A stretch of DNA of 32,000 nt from Mycoplasmoides pneumoniae FH (lineage in GTDB: Bacteria > Bacillota_I > Bacilli_A > Mycoplasmatales > Mycoplasmoidaceae). Within the stretch, counting starts at the first letter, position 1, and each line of letters opens with the position of its first letter. Shown in pieces: positions 17,878 through 28,751 of this stretch. The notes beneath the pieces were generated by a model. That model did not search any database and was not told the DNA's origin. It worked only from the letters and a program-made list of their open reading frames with translations. The translations under genes were made by a program, and so were the position numbers. The DNA lies in contig NZ_CP010546.1 of NCBI RefSeq assembly GCF_001272835.1, positions 182,809 to 214,808 on the forward strand. The letters are read 5' to 3'.

Positions 17878-20800
17878 ATGAACGACTGACAGTGACTCAA
17901 AAACCGGCTGGTTAACGCCAAAACTAAGGCTGTTAGTTTCTGGCTAGCCCAAACTACCAGCACCATCTTAGATATTGCTGAACTAATTAAATGTTGTTCG
18001 GATTTAAAGAATACTTCCATTAATGGGTTAGTTGATCTTATAAATCAACAAGAAAAACTCGAATTTAACTTAACAAGGTTAAAGGAAATTGATGGCGAGG
18101 ATGCACGACAGTTGTTTGGCATTGAAGGTAATGTTTACAAACACTTCCAAACTGAACTTAGTCGCTTTTACAAGCAAACGCGCAAACACTTTCGCGAAAC
18201 TGGTTCGGAAAGTCTCTTTTTAGGTTTACCAGTAATTGAGGGCATTAACGAGTTTAACGATGTCTTTCGTGCTCCTTTACTCTATGTGGGGGTTAAGTTA
18301 AAAGTAGCACCACGACTTGAACGCTTTTGATTGGAAATAAACCGCGAGGAAATCTTTTTAAATCCGACCATCATCGGGGTTGAAATTAACAAGCGTAACA
18401 GCTTGTTTAAAAATAACTATGACACCACTAAGGTTGATATTAACCAGGCATTGGAAATCTTTCGTGAGTTGGAATACCAATTTCGGATGCCACTCACCTC
18501 GGAGTTAAAAAGTTTTTCCAAAAAGGCTAAGAGTGACTTTAACACTGAAAAACGGACTAACTTCCTCACTAATAACGTTCTTTTAGGAATCTTTGACGTT
18601 AAGGGGGATCAACTGTTCCAAAACTTTAACGAAATTCTAAACACTGATCCTGATGTTTTGGATGAATTGTTAAAGGATCGCCGCGATCTCTTATACGACA
18701 ACCGTGAGTTTCGTGAAAACTTTAACTTAAAGGGCACTTACCTCTTTAGCCACTTAGACATCTTCCAGCAGTACGCTGTCAAACAGGCATTTGATGGGGA
18801 TGTCATTATTGAAGGTCCACCTGGTACTGGTAAGAGTGAAACGATTGTCAACATCTTGGTCAACCTCGCTTTAAACAAAAAGAAGGTGTTGTTTGTGTCA
18901 GAAAAGGTAACTGCCTTAGATGTCGTTTACAACCGGCTAGGTAGCTTTAAGCACATTGCCTTATTTAATGCTTCGGTAGCGAGTGAGAAGAAGCGCTTTT
19001 ACAGCCAGTTCGCTGATTATGAAAGCTTCTTTACCGATAACTTTTCCAAGAAGGATTTAGTTAACGAAATGCCGGTGTTTGACGGGCAGTGGGTTGATAA
19101 GATCCTAAGTGAATTCACTAACCTTCAAAACATTTACGATACCCAAATTAATTCGGGTAACCAGAGCTATTCCTTCAAGGAAATCCTAAGTAGTTTTCCA
19201 ATACTTGATGTCAGTTACATTAAGATCAAGGAACACGATCGTTTTGATGAATGAGTGCGGGTATTTTCCTCACAAGTTTGATTAGAAAAACACTTAACTT
19301 ACTTAGCGTTTAAAGCGGAACTGAGCAAACGCTGGCAAAACATCGATAACTTCTACGCTTTAAAAGACTTACTGGAAAAAAGAAAGAACATCCGCGTGTT
19401 GTGCTATGTGTTGGATTACTTCGAGCAGAACAACAGCATAATCAAACCGAAGCGGGTATTGCTCTATACCCCCACTGAACGCGGGCAAAAGCAGTTGCAC
19501 CAACTCCAGCAAGACGTTGCTAAGTACAACAGCTTGCAACGTTTTAAATCGGCTGCTAAGTTTGAAACAATTAAGCTCAATTTAGCTAACAAACTAGCAC
19601 AAAACGCCAAGCCTTTTTTCTTTTCTTGATTCATTCAAACACACGCGCAAACACTGTTGGAAAATCTCGTACAAACCCAAAAGCAATTGGTTAAGGCTAA
19701 GCAAAGCTACTTAAGCAAAATTGAGCAGTATGTAGTTAGTTGTAAACGGATTCTCAAAGCTACCATTTTAGCCAACTTCTTTGAGTTGTACCAAACCAAT
19801 AAGAATGAACTATTGGATATCTGTCGGGAAGCCAAAAACCCTGTTTTAAAGGAAATTACCTGGTGGTTTAAGAAGAACTTTGCACTGTTATCAAAGCTAT
19901 TCCCCGTCCACATTATGACGTTTGAATCAGCCGCCTTATTAACCCCGAACCAGCGCCGTTTGTATGACTATGTGGTGATTGATGAAGCTAGCCAGGTTTA
20001 TCTAGAACGTGCCATTCCAATCTTATACCGTGGCGCTAAGTACATTATTGCTGGAGACACCAAACAATTAAAACCATCCAATTTCTTCCAAGCCCGGGCT
20101 GAGTATGATGTGGATGAAGAGTTTGAAGATGGTAACGTTGAAGCTGCGGTGCACTCGACTTCGTTACTACACTTTTTGAAGAACCGTTCGCGCATTTTAA
20201 CGCTGCTCAAATTCCACTACCGCAGTGATTCCGCTAACCTAATTGCCTTTACTAATAACCGCATTTATAACAACGAGCTCATCTTTATGAATAAAGCAAC
20301 CGCTGACAAGCAGGTCTTTATTGTCCATGATGTCATCGATGGTATTTGACGGAACAACCGTAACCTTCAAGAAGCACGCGATGTCGTACAACGCTTAGAA
20401 CAGTTGACCCAAACTGCGGAATATCAAAAATCATTAGGGGTGATCTGTTTCAATAAAAATCAGGCCGAGTTAATTGAGTACATGATTGACAAGCAGAACA
20501 ATCCGCTACTCAATGAGTGACGTGACCGGGTGAACGCTCAGGGCGAGTATGTCGGTTTGTTTGTCAAAAACATTGAAAACGTTCAGGGTGATGAACGGGA
20601 CATTATTATCTTCTCGTTGGGCTATGACCGTTCTGTCAACAGCTATGGCCCGATTTCCAAGCAAGGTGGGGAGAACCGTTTGAATGTAGCGATTACCCGT
20701 GCTAAGCAGCGGATTGAACTGTTCAAGACTAACCGTGCTAGTGATTACAATGGTTTGAGCTCCAATTCCTTGGGTAGTAAGTTATTGGTGGAATACTTAC

Positions 20801-21219
20801 TGTACTGTGAGGCAATGGCCAACAACCAGGGTGAGAGCTTAGACTTCCAAGCAACCCAAAAACAAGCACCCAAGGCCAAGTACGAATTGGAATTGGAGAA
20901 CCAGTTCTTTAATGAGTTGGAACTTATTTTTGGTGAGCAGTTTACGATTAAACGCAATGTCAATGAGGGTGCATACAGCTTTAGCTTTGTCTTTTACTTT
21001 AACGAAAACCCTTACCTAGCGGTTGACTTTAACCCTGCTTTACCCCACTCCAGAAAGGAAGTGAGTGAAAACATTATTTACCGCGAACAATTTTTGAAAA
21101 AGCGGAAATGGAACCTCGTTAACATTTGGTTAGACGAGTGAAAACTCAATCCAGGTGGTGTGTTGCAAAAGCTTAGAAATTGTCTAACTCACAGCGAAAA
21201 TGAGTTTGAAGAAATATAA
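17878..21219 (+). CDS. Superfamily-1 (Upf1/Dna2-like) helicase, 1113 aa, with a C-terminal restriction-endonuclease-like (DUF559/Vsr-like) region
   Basis: Five ORF-track pieces share one frame, joined through at least 9 in-frame TGA codons to TAA 21217-21219. Walker A is GPPGTGKS (18814-18837) and motif II is VIDEASQ (about 19975-19995). Also GDTKQLKP, VQGDERDIIIFS and NVAITRAKQ. The 1113-aa length matches my memory of the MG140 homologue. Confidence 0.9.
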
Positions 21220-21247
21220 TTAAACGATATATTTCTCGTCATTTAAG

Positions 21248-21275
21248 AGAAGTGTCGCTAGGCACTTCTTTTTTA
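21248..21275 (+). terminator. Rho-independent terminator after the helicase gene
   Basis: agaagtg (21248-21254), loop tcgctagg, cacttct (21263-21269), then tttttt. Confidence 0.75.
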
Positions 21276-21295
21276 TTTGCCCACTTTATCACATT

Positions 21296-22918
21296 ATGAA
21301 CAATCAATCAAATCACTTTACCAATCCTTTGTTACAACTGATTAAGAACGTTGCCGAGACCAAGAATTTAGCCATCGATGATGTTGTTTTGTGTCTTAAA
21401 ACAGCATTAGAACAAACATACAAGAAGCATTTGAACTATGTCAATGTGGAAGTCAACATTGACTTTAACAAGGGCTTAATGCAAATTGAACAGCTCTTCG
21501 ATGTTGTAGATGATAACAATGAGGATTATGATGACTTTTTGGAAATGCCTTTAAGTGAGGCTAAGAAGCTCAATCCGAACCTAGAAGTTGGCGGGGTGTT
21601 GCGCAAACCGGTTTCACTCAAAGACATTAAGGGCGATCTCATTAGCAAAATGGTATTACTCTTCAACCAAAAGATTAACGAAACAGCTTTTAAAACGGTG
21701 ATGAGTGACTTCATTAATGAAGTCGGTCAGGTAATTGAAGCTAGAGTAGAGGACATTGATACGAACAAAGATGGTGGATTGAAGGGTTACATTGTTAACT
21801 TGGAAACCACCAAGGGTTACATGCCTAAACGTGAGTTGAGTAAGGGCGAAAAGCTAGATATTGGCAAGAAGTACCTCTTTGTGATTAAGGAAATCCAAAA
21901 GCAATCTTCGATGTGACCAATTACGCTTTCCAGGAGTGATTCGCGTTTACTGGAATTCTTGCTAAATTCCAACACTCCCGAAATTGCTAACGGTACGATC
22001 GAAATTAAAAAGATGGAACGCTCTCCTGGTACCAAGTCTAAGGTGGCCGTGATTTCCAAAGACCCAGTAGTTGATCCGATTGCGGCCATTTTGGGTCCCA
22101 AGGGCGAGCGCATTCGCGGCATTAGTGAAGAGTTTAACGGTGAGATCATTGATATTGTCATCTGAAATGAGGACAAGTTAAAGTTCTTGGTCAACGCTGT
22201 TTTACCGGCTGAAGTGGTCGGTTACAACATCCTTCAAGACGATGAGCGCGATACCAGCATTGAAATCGTGGTACCCGCCAACCAGATTGCCAACGTCTTT
22301 GGTTTTAAAGGAATTAACATTCGCTTAATTAGTAACCTAACGGGTTGGAGTAGTGTGGACGTTTACACCGAAAAAGATGCCGCTGAACAAGGGATTGAAT
22401 ACACCCGGGTCAACTTTCAACCCCAAGGTATTTTTGGCATCAAAAAGCGCCGCGACAAGATCTCCAACAATCCACGCAACAACAACCAACAGCTCGCATC
22501 TGATAAGGTGTTTTACACTTCGAAGGCCAATGTGGTTGATGATGAGATCATAGTCGATCTAGCAAAGCAAGCGGAAGCCAAACGGGTCAAGCAAATCAAG
22601 CAGGAAGCAACTAAACCCGAGTTGCAATTACAACAAGAACTTAACCTCGAAGCAACCCCTAAGGTAGCTGCTCCAACCCCAACCCCTGCACCCCAACCAA
22701 CTCCCGCACCAACTAAAGTTGAGCCAGTACCACCACCAGTAAGCGTTACACCTAAGCCAATCCCCAAGGTCAATAAGCCCAAGCCAGTGGTTAAACCAAA
22801 ATCAGTCTTTTCGATTACGGTTGAAGCGGATGACAGTAAGACTAAACCAGAAAAGTCAAGCGCTAAAACTAACACCCCACAAACGAAACAAACCTTTGAT
22901 AACTTTGACGATCTCTAG
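21296..22918 (+). CDS. nusA: Transcription termination/antitermination factor NusA (540 aa) with a Pro/Lys-rich C-terminal extension
   Basis: Three same-frame pieces joined by TGA 21914 and 22163. It has an S1-like region (GQVIEARVEDID...GYIVNL) and KH regions (DPIAAILGPKGERIRGISEEFNGEIIDIV; ANVFGFKGINIRLISNLTGW). It sits upstream of ylxR-infB-rbfA. Confidence 0.92.
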
Positions 22919-22942
22919 TCGTTAATCTAACCATTTCACACT

Positions 22943-23212
22943 ATGCAAAGTTGGCGCCAATGTTTAGTTACCAGAAAGTCTTTTGCTAAGCCGCTACTTT
23001 TGCGTCTTGTAAAATTAGAGCATCAACTACGGGTGGATTTAGCGCAAACACTACCAGGTCGGGGGTATTATTTAAGTGTAGCTGCTTTAAAACTGGAGCG
23101 GAAAAACTTTAAAGCACTGTTACAAAAACGCTTAAAGGTAAGCTGTTCTGACGCAGAGCTAGATCACATTATTGCTTGTTTAAAGGAAAGGGAAAGCGAT
23201 GTCAAAGCATAA
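22943..23212 (+). CDS. ylxR: YlxR (DUF448) family RNA-binding protein
   Basis: 89-aa basic protein between nusA and infB with WRQCLVTRK...LLRLV and GRGYYLS motifs typical of YlxR. It overlaps infB by 14 nt. Confidence 0.75.
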   Translation: MQSWRQCLVTRKSFAKPLLLRLVKLEHQLRVDLAQTLPGRGYYLSVAALKLERKNFKALLQKRLKVSCSDAELDHIIACLKERESDVKA

Positions 23213-25052
23213 ACCACGTCATTTTCAAAAGAATAAGTTTGACAACCGGGCTAAAACGAGTGCCAAACAACAGTTTCGCCAGGTAAAAACCGGTGTTAAA
23301 GATGGTGTCTTTGTCTATAAGGGACCACTCACTGTTAGTGAGTTTTGTCTCAAAACCAATATTCCGACGGCCAACATCATCAAGCACTTCTTTTTAAATG
23401 GGGTTCCCTTAACCTTAAATTCGGTGTTATCGACCGAACAACTAGCTGACGCTTGTGTTAACTTTGGCTTTGACTTTAAGGTAGAAACCGAAATCACCCA
23501 CGACAACATTATCTCCAACATTAAGTTTGACGATGATCCCACCCAGTTAAGTCCAAGACCCCCGATCGTTACCATTATGGGTCACGTGGATCACGGGAAA
23601 ACATCCTTGTTAGACGCCATTCGCCAAACTAATACAGCAGCCAAAGAGTTTGGTGGCATTACCCAAAAGATTGGGGCGTACCAGGTCAAAAACCAGGAGG
23701 GCAAAACGATTACCTTCATTGATACCCCCGGTCATGAAGCCTTTACCGGCATGCGCGCCCGTGGTGCTCAAGTGACTGACATTGTTGTCTTAGTGGTAGC
23801 GGGTGATGATGGCTTAAAACAACAAACTGAGGAAGCGATTTCCCACGCCAAGAGTGCCAAAACCCCGATCATTGTCTTTATTAACAAGATGGATAAACCA
23901 ACCGCTAACCCCGACATGGTGATCCAACAGCTCAACAAGTTTGATTTAGTCCCTGAAGAATGGGGTGGTGATACCATCTTTGTCAAGGGCAGTGCCTTAA
24001 CCAAAGAGGGGATCCAGGAGCTCTTGGACAGTATTCTGTTAGTAGCGGAAGTGGAAGATTACAAGGCCAACTTTAACGCCCACTCATCGGGTTATGCGAT
24101 TGAGGTGCAAACCACCAAGGGGTTGGGTCCCACCGCTACCATTATTGTTAAACGTGGTACCCTAAAGATTGGTGACATCGTTGTCTTGGGTCCCGCTTGG
24201 GGTAAGGTTCGTACCATGCAAGACGAAAACGGAGTCCATCTCCAAGAAGCTATGCCCTCTAAACCAGTACAAATTTCGGGGTTTGACATTGTCCCAGTTG
24301 CTGGGGAAAAATTCATTGTCTTTGACGATGAAAAGGATGCGAAGTTAATTGCCAATAAGTTCCGCGAACAGCAAAAACAAAAGCTCAATACCACCCAAAT
24401 TAACGAGGTGCTCAAACAAAAGATTAAGAGCAAGGAAATTAAGGTTTTAAATCTGATTTTTAAGGTTGACAGTGATGGTAGTTTAGCGGCCATTAAACAA
24501 GCTATGCAGAGCATTGATGTGCCGGGGATGAGCGTCAACATTATCCACTCAGGTGTTGGTTTAATCTCGGAAAACGACATTATGTTAGCCAAGGCGTCCG
24601 GGGCATTACTGTTTAGCTTGAACCTCGGTTTAAGTCAAGTTGTTAAGAACATTGCTAGTCTTCAAGGAGTGAAGGTCGATGTCCACTACCACATCCCTAA
24701 GTTAGCGGAAGAGATCGAAAACATCTTAAAGGGCCAGTTAGAACCAGTGTACGAAGACGTGGAACTGGGGCGTGCTGAAGTGTTACAACTCTGGTACCAC
24801 TCCAAGGTGGGGCACATTGCTGGTACCTTAGTTAAAACAGGTAAGGTTAAACGGGGCGCCTTGTGTAAGCTGTTACGCCGTAACGAAACCATCTATGAAG
24901 GCCGGGTGGACTCATTGAAGAGTGAAAAGAACCCGGTCAACCAGATGGAAGCGGGGAAGAACTGCGGTATTGTTATTAATGGGTGTGAGGACATTCAGGT
25001 GTGCGACATTATCTTGGTGTACGAAAAGCAGGAGGTCAAGTCCAAAAGTTAA
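23199..25052 (+). CDS. infB: Translation initiation factor IF-2 (617 aa)
   Basis: Uninterrupted ORF with GTPase motifs GHVDHGKTS, DTPGHEAF, NKMD and SAL. Confidence 0.95.
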   Translation: MSKHKPRHFQKNKFDNRAKTSAKQQFRQVKTGVKDGVFVYKGPLTVSEFCLKTNIPTANIIKHFFLNGVPLTLNSVLSTEQLADACVNFGFDFKVETEITHDNIISNIKFDDDPTQLSPRPPIVTIMGHVDHGKTSLLDAIRQTNTAAKEFGGITQKIGAYQVKNQEGKTITFIDTPGHEAFTGMRARGAQVTDIVVLVVAGDDGLKQQTEEAISHAKSAKTPIIVFINKMDKPTANPDMVIQQLNKFDLVPEEWGGDTIFVKGSALTKEGIQELLDSILLVAEVEDYKANFNAHSSGYAIEVQTTKGLGPTATIIVKRGTLKIGDIVVLGPAWGKVRTMQDENGVHLQEAMPSKPVQISGFDIVPVAGEKFIVFDDEKDAKLIANKFREQQKQKLNTTQINEVLKQKIKSKEIKVLNLIFKVDSDGSLAAIKQAMQSIDVPGMSVNIIHSGVGLISENDIMLAKASGALLFSLNLGLSQVVKNIASLQGVKVDVHYHIPKLAEEIENILKGQLEPVYEDVELGRAEVLQLWYHSKVGHIAGTLVKTGKVKRGALCKLLRRNETIYEGRVDSLKSEKNPVNQMEAGKNCGIVINGCEDIQVCDIILVYEKQEVKSKS

Positions 25053-25054
25053 CG

Positions 25055-25405
25055 ATGGCTAGTTACAAAAAGGAACGTCTGGAAAACGACATTATTCGTT
25101 TAATTAACCGCACTGTTATTCACGAAATCTACAACGAAACGGTCAAAACCGGTCATGTAACCCACGTGAAACTATCGGATGATTTACTCCATGTAACAGT
25201 TTACCTAGACTGTTATAACCGTGAGCAAATTGACCGCGTGGTGGGTGCCTTTAACCAGGCCAAAGGGGTGTTTAGCCGCGTGTTAGCACACAATTTGTAC
25301 TTAGCCAAAGCCGTGCAAATCCATTTTGTCAAGGACAAAGCAATTGATAACGCAATGCGCATTGAGTCTATCATCAACTCCCTTAAAAAATCAAAGCCTA
25401 ATTAA
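25055..25405 (+). CDS. rbfA: Ribosome-binding factor A (116 aa)
   Basis: ATG lies 2 nt after the infB stop. MASYKKERLENDIIRLINRTV... is the typical RbfA N-terminus. The ORF-track start at 25001 is an upstream alternative-codon artefact. Confidence 0.9.
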   Translation: MASYKKERLENDIIRLINRTVIHEIYNETVKTGHVTHVKLSDDLLHVTVYLDCYNREQIDRVVGAFNQAKGVFSRVLAHNLYLAKAVQIHFVKDKAIDNAMRIESIINSLKKSKPN

Positions 25406-25420
25406 AATTAATACTGTTTA

Positions 25421-26629
25421 ATGAAACCACCTAAAAAGCCAGTCAACCCACCGTTTGGTAAGCTAACTGATTCTAAAGCTGGAGTAGTCAAAGCTACCTC
25501 TAGTCAAGAGACCAAAAAAGTAGCTGACACCAAACCCAAAAATAAGGGTGGTTTGTTTAGCTTCTTTAAAAAAGACAAAACGGAAAAACCAGCTAAAGCA
25601 GCCAAACCCAAAGATGCCTTTAAGAGTGCGATAGCTGAATTGAATCCGAAAGCCAATCCTAAGACAGTCAAAGCGGATGTTGCACCGGCTAAAATTCCCC
25701 ACAGCGATAAGGGTACGGTTACCCCTGTAGAGTTAAAACCCCAAACGGAAGCACCGTTACCACCAGGAGTTAAACAACCTGATCCTAAAAAAGATAAACC
25801 TAAGGGCGGTTTATTTGGCTTCTTCAAAAAAGATAAGAACAAAGATGTCAAAAAGGAGCCTGCTAAGCCAGCTACTCCAGTAAAAACTGAACCAACCTCA
25901 CCTAAGGTAGAACCAACTAAGGTCAAACCACCGGGCGGTGTACCGACTAAGCCGGTAGTGGAAAAACCAGTGTCAGCTCAACCAACGGTACCATTACAAC
26001 CAGAACCTACTTTCCCAGTCAAAGCAGCACCACTACCACCAGGTGTAAAAGCAGAACCGGAAAGCAAAAAACGCTTTGGTTTGTTTAAGGCATTCCAGAA
26101 AGATGACGCTAAACAACCCAAGCAAAAGCTCAATCTCCAAGACCAACAGGATCGCTTTATTGATGACCCCACCGCCAAAAAGCACTTTAGCGCCTTTAAC
26201 CAAAAAGTTGGTAACTTACTGAAGGACAAAAAGACCCGTAACCGTGATTGGAAGATTGTGGGTTGAATCCACGGTTTAATCCTTCTGTTCTTCATTCCAC
26301 TGTTAGCAATCATGAATAAATTTGTGACCCTCCCAGCACAAAGCTATCCTGCTGTATCACTACAAGTATCGATTAACAATGCGTTGTGGGGGATTGCGAT
26401 CTTTGTGATAGCCAACATTGCTCTACCCTTCATTACGATGTTCGTGCTCTTCTTGACTGGGGTCAGAGATGTGCATGCTAGTCGGCCAGTGCACTATTTC
26501 ATCTGGGTGTTAATGTTGTTAAACCTTACCTTCTTAGTAATTAGTTGTTGTTTACTGGCTGCTGCTTATGCTAACTTAGACATTTACAACATCTGACGCA
26601 ACCTTCAGGCTTTAGACCCGAATAATTAG
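25421..26629 (+). CDS. Lys/Pro-rich repeat protein with C-terminal transmembrane helices (402 aa), function unknown
   Basis: 25421..26266 and 26312..26596 share one frame, joined by TGA 26264 and extended past TGA 26594 to TAG 26627-26629. The N-terminal about 280 aa is low complexity with the repeated motif KGGLF(S/G)FFKKDK. The C-terminal part has about 3 hydrophobic helices. Confidence 0.8.
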
Positions 26630-26641
26630 GGCTTGAGTTCT

Positions 26642-27451
26642 ATGCAGCAAACCTTGATCATCGGTGCTTTTGATGGTTTACACAAGGGTCATCAATTGTT
26701 AGCACAAGCGGCTAGTGGTCCAGTGGTGGCCTTGTTAATTGCTAACATTCCCAGTCTACAAAGTGACTGGCTATACGAACCGAAGCAACGGCAAGTGCAG
26801 TTACAACAACACTTTCAGTCCGTGGTGCACAGCTATGATGTGATTGAACACAACATTAGTGCCCAAGCGTTTTTCGATCAAATCATTAGCCCACTACGGT
26901 GTCAGCAATTAGTCGTGGGTGCGGACTTTTGCTTTGGTAAAGACAACCAGAATGCTGATTTTTTAAGACGTTTATTTCCCAATACCACGATTATTCCCAA
27001 AGACAGTCAAACGCTGTCCAGTTCTACCATTCGCCAATGGTTAAAGCAGGGCCAGATAGAACAAGCCAACGCCGTGTTATTGGAACCCTACTTTAGGGAA
27101 GGGGTGGTTATTCGTGGTAACCAGCAAGCCCGGTTTTTGGGCTGACCAACCGCTAACATTACCTTAAAGCCGTACATGGTGCCGTTGCGCTGTGGGAGCT
27201 ATGTGATTACGGTGACTTACCACCAAACCAATTACCCGGGTGTAGGGTTTATCAGTTACAAAAACGACCAGTTAGTCTGTGAAACCCACTTAATTGGTTT
27301 TAGTGGTGATCTTTACGGTAAACAACTACGCTTTACCTTCAACCAGTTTATTCGCCCCCAGCAAAAGTTTAGTGGGGTGCAAGCGTTGCAAAAAGCGATT
27401 AGTGGTGATTTAAAGCAAGCGCAGAAGTGGTTTGCTCAATCAACAAATTAA
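26642..27451 (+). CDS. ribF: Bifunctional riboflavin kinase / FAD synthetase (269 aa from the ATG)
   Basis: GAFDGLHKGHQ (nucleotidyltransferase motif), then in frame through TGA 27143 (FLG-W-PTANI), then ETHLIGFSGDLYGKQLRFTF (riboflavin kinase). The TTG at 26633 is an alternative start. Confidence 0.88.
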
Positions 27452-27476
27452 ATAAAATTTAAACCTAATTTAACTT

Positions 27477-28751
27477 ATGGAAAGTGCCCCCAGTGGTGGC
27501 CTGTTGGCCTTAATTATTATCAGTATTATCCTCCTGGCTTGTATTAGTGCCGTGGTTTCGGCTTACGAAACCGCCATTACCTCAATTACATCATACAAGT
27601 GGAGCAACTATGTCAAAACGCATAACAAGCAAAAGAAGTTAACGACCAAGATTGTTAACCACTTCCAAAAGAACTATTCGGCTTGTTTAATTACCATCTT
27701 AGTGGCCAATAACATTGTCGCCATTTTGGTTTCCAACATCCTCTTTTTGGCTTTAGATCAATCGATTAAGAATCCGGCCATTTCCAGTGCCTTGAACCTC
27801 TTAATTAGTGGGGTGTTATTGTTAATGCTGTGTGAAATTACTCCCAAAACCTTAGCACGGATTAACATCATCCGCGTCTTGGTCTACTTTGCGGTGGTAG
27901 TGTATTTTTTCTACATCCTTTTTTGACCAATTACCAAGTTAGCCAGCATTATCTTTGCCAAATACGAAAAGGCACCCCCAGTTTCCCGCCGTGATGTTTA
28001 CTTCTTTATTGATGAAATTGAGCAAAACGGGTTATTTACCAAAGAAGACGGGCAGCTAATTAAACGGACCCTAATCTTTGACCAGGTCTTAGTTGACCAA
28101 ATCATGATTAAGTGAAACCGGGTGGTGTACTGTTATGAAGGTGATCCAGTCAAGACCATTAAGGAAAAGTTCTTGCACGGCCAGTTTTCCAGAATGCCCG
28201 TACTCGACCAGACAAGCAATGAAGTGGTTGGTTTTATCCACCTCAAGGACTTGTTTAGTTCACTCGAAAAGAGCAACGAGCCGTTTGTTTTACAGGAGTT
28301 ATTGTATCCAGCTGTTTTAGTAAGTAACACCACACCCATCAAGCAAGCTTTGCGCCAAATGCGGTTACACCGGGCCCACTTAGCGGTCGTGCAGGACAAA
28401 CACCACCACACGATCGGGATTGTTTCTATGGAAGACATCATTGAGGAATTAGTCGGGGAAATTTACGATGAACATGATGAGGTGGAGGCAGTGCAAACGT
28501 TGGACAACAACACCTGGTTAGTGTTACCGAACGTAAAAGCCGCCTTTTTCTTTAACAAGTGGATTAAACGGGATTTAGTAAAATCAAAAAACATGACGAT
28601 CCAACGTTACTTGGCATCGTTTGAAAATGATGGGTTAAACACCCAGAATAAACTAGAAACGCCGTGGTTTATTGCTGAAGCAATTGTCGACAGCGAGAAC
28701 CCCGAGCAAATTCGGTACGAAATTCGCAAAAAGAGTGATGTTGTGGACTAG
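27477..28751 (+). CDS. CNNM/DUF21 - CBS pair - CorC/HlyC family membrane protein (424 aa; hemolysin-C-like annotation)
   Basis: N-terminal TM helices, CBS-type segments (GQFSRMPVLD..., HRAHLAVVQDKHHHTIGIVSMEDIIEELVGEI) and a C-terminal transporter-associated domain. Two in-frame TGA codons (27924, 28113). Confidence 0.85.

Noticed and set aside
17878-21219. Reading the helicase, nusA, ribF, lipoprotein and DUF2130 genes as pseudogenes because the track splits them.
   Set aside because: All the breaks are TGA in a single frame. Only TAA 9371 and TAA 7158 and the indels in 12378-14060 are genuine lesions.
22513-25926. Minus-strand ORFs within nusA, infB and the Lys/Pro-rich gene (22513-22875, 24092-24592, 25504-25926).
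   Set aside because: They are antisense to conserved genes with clear motifs. The 25504-25926 and 22513-22875 ORFs are mirror images of low-complexity Pro/Lys coding sequence.
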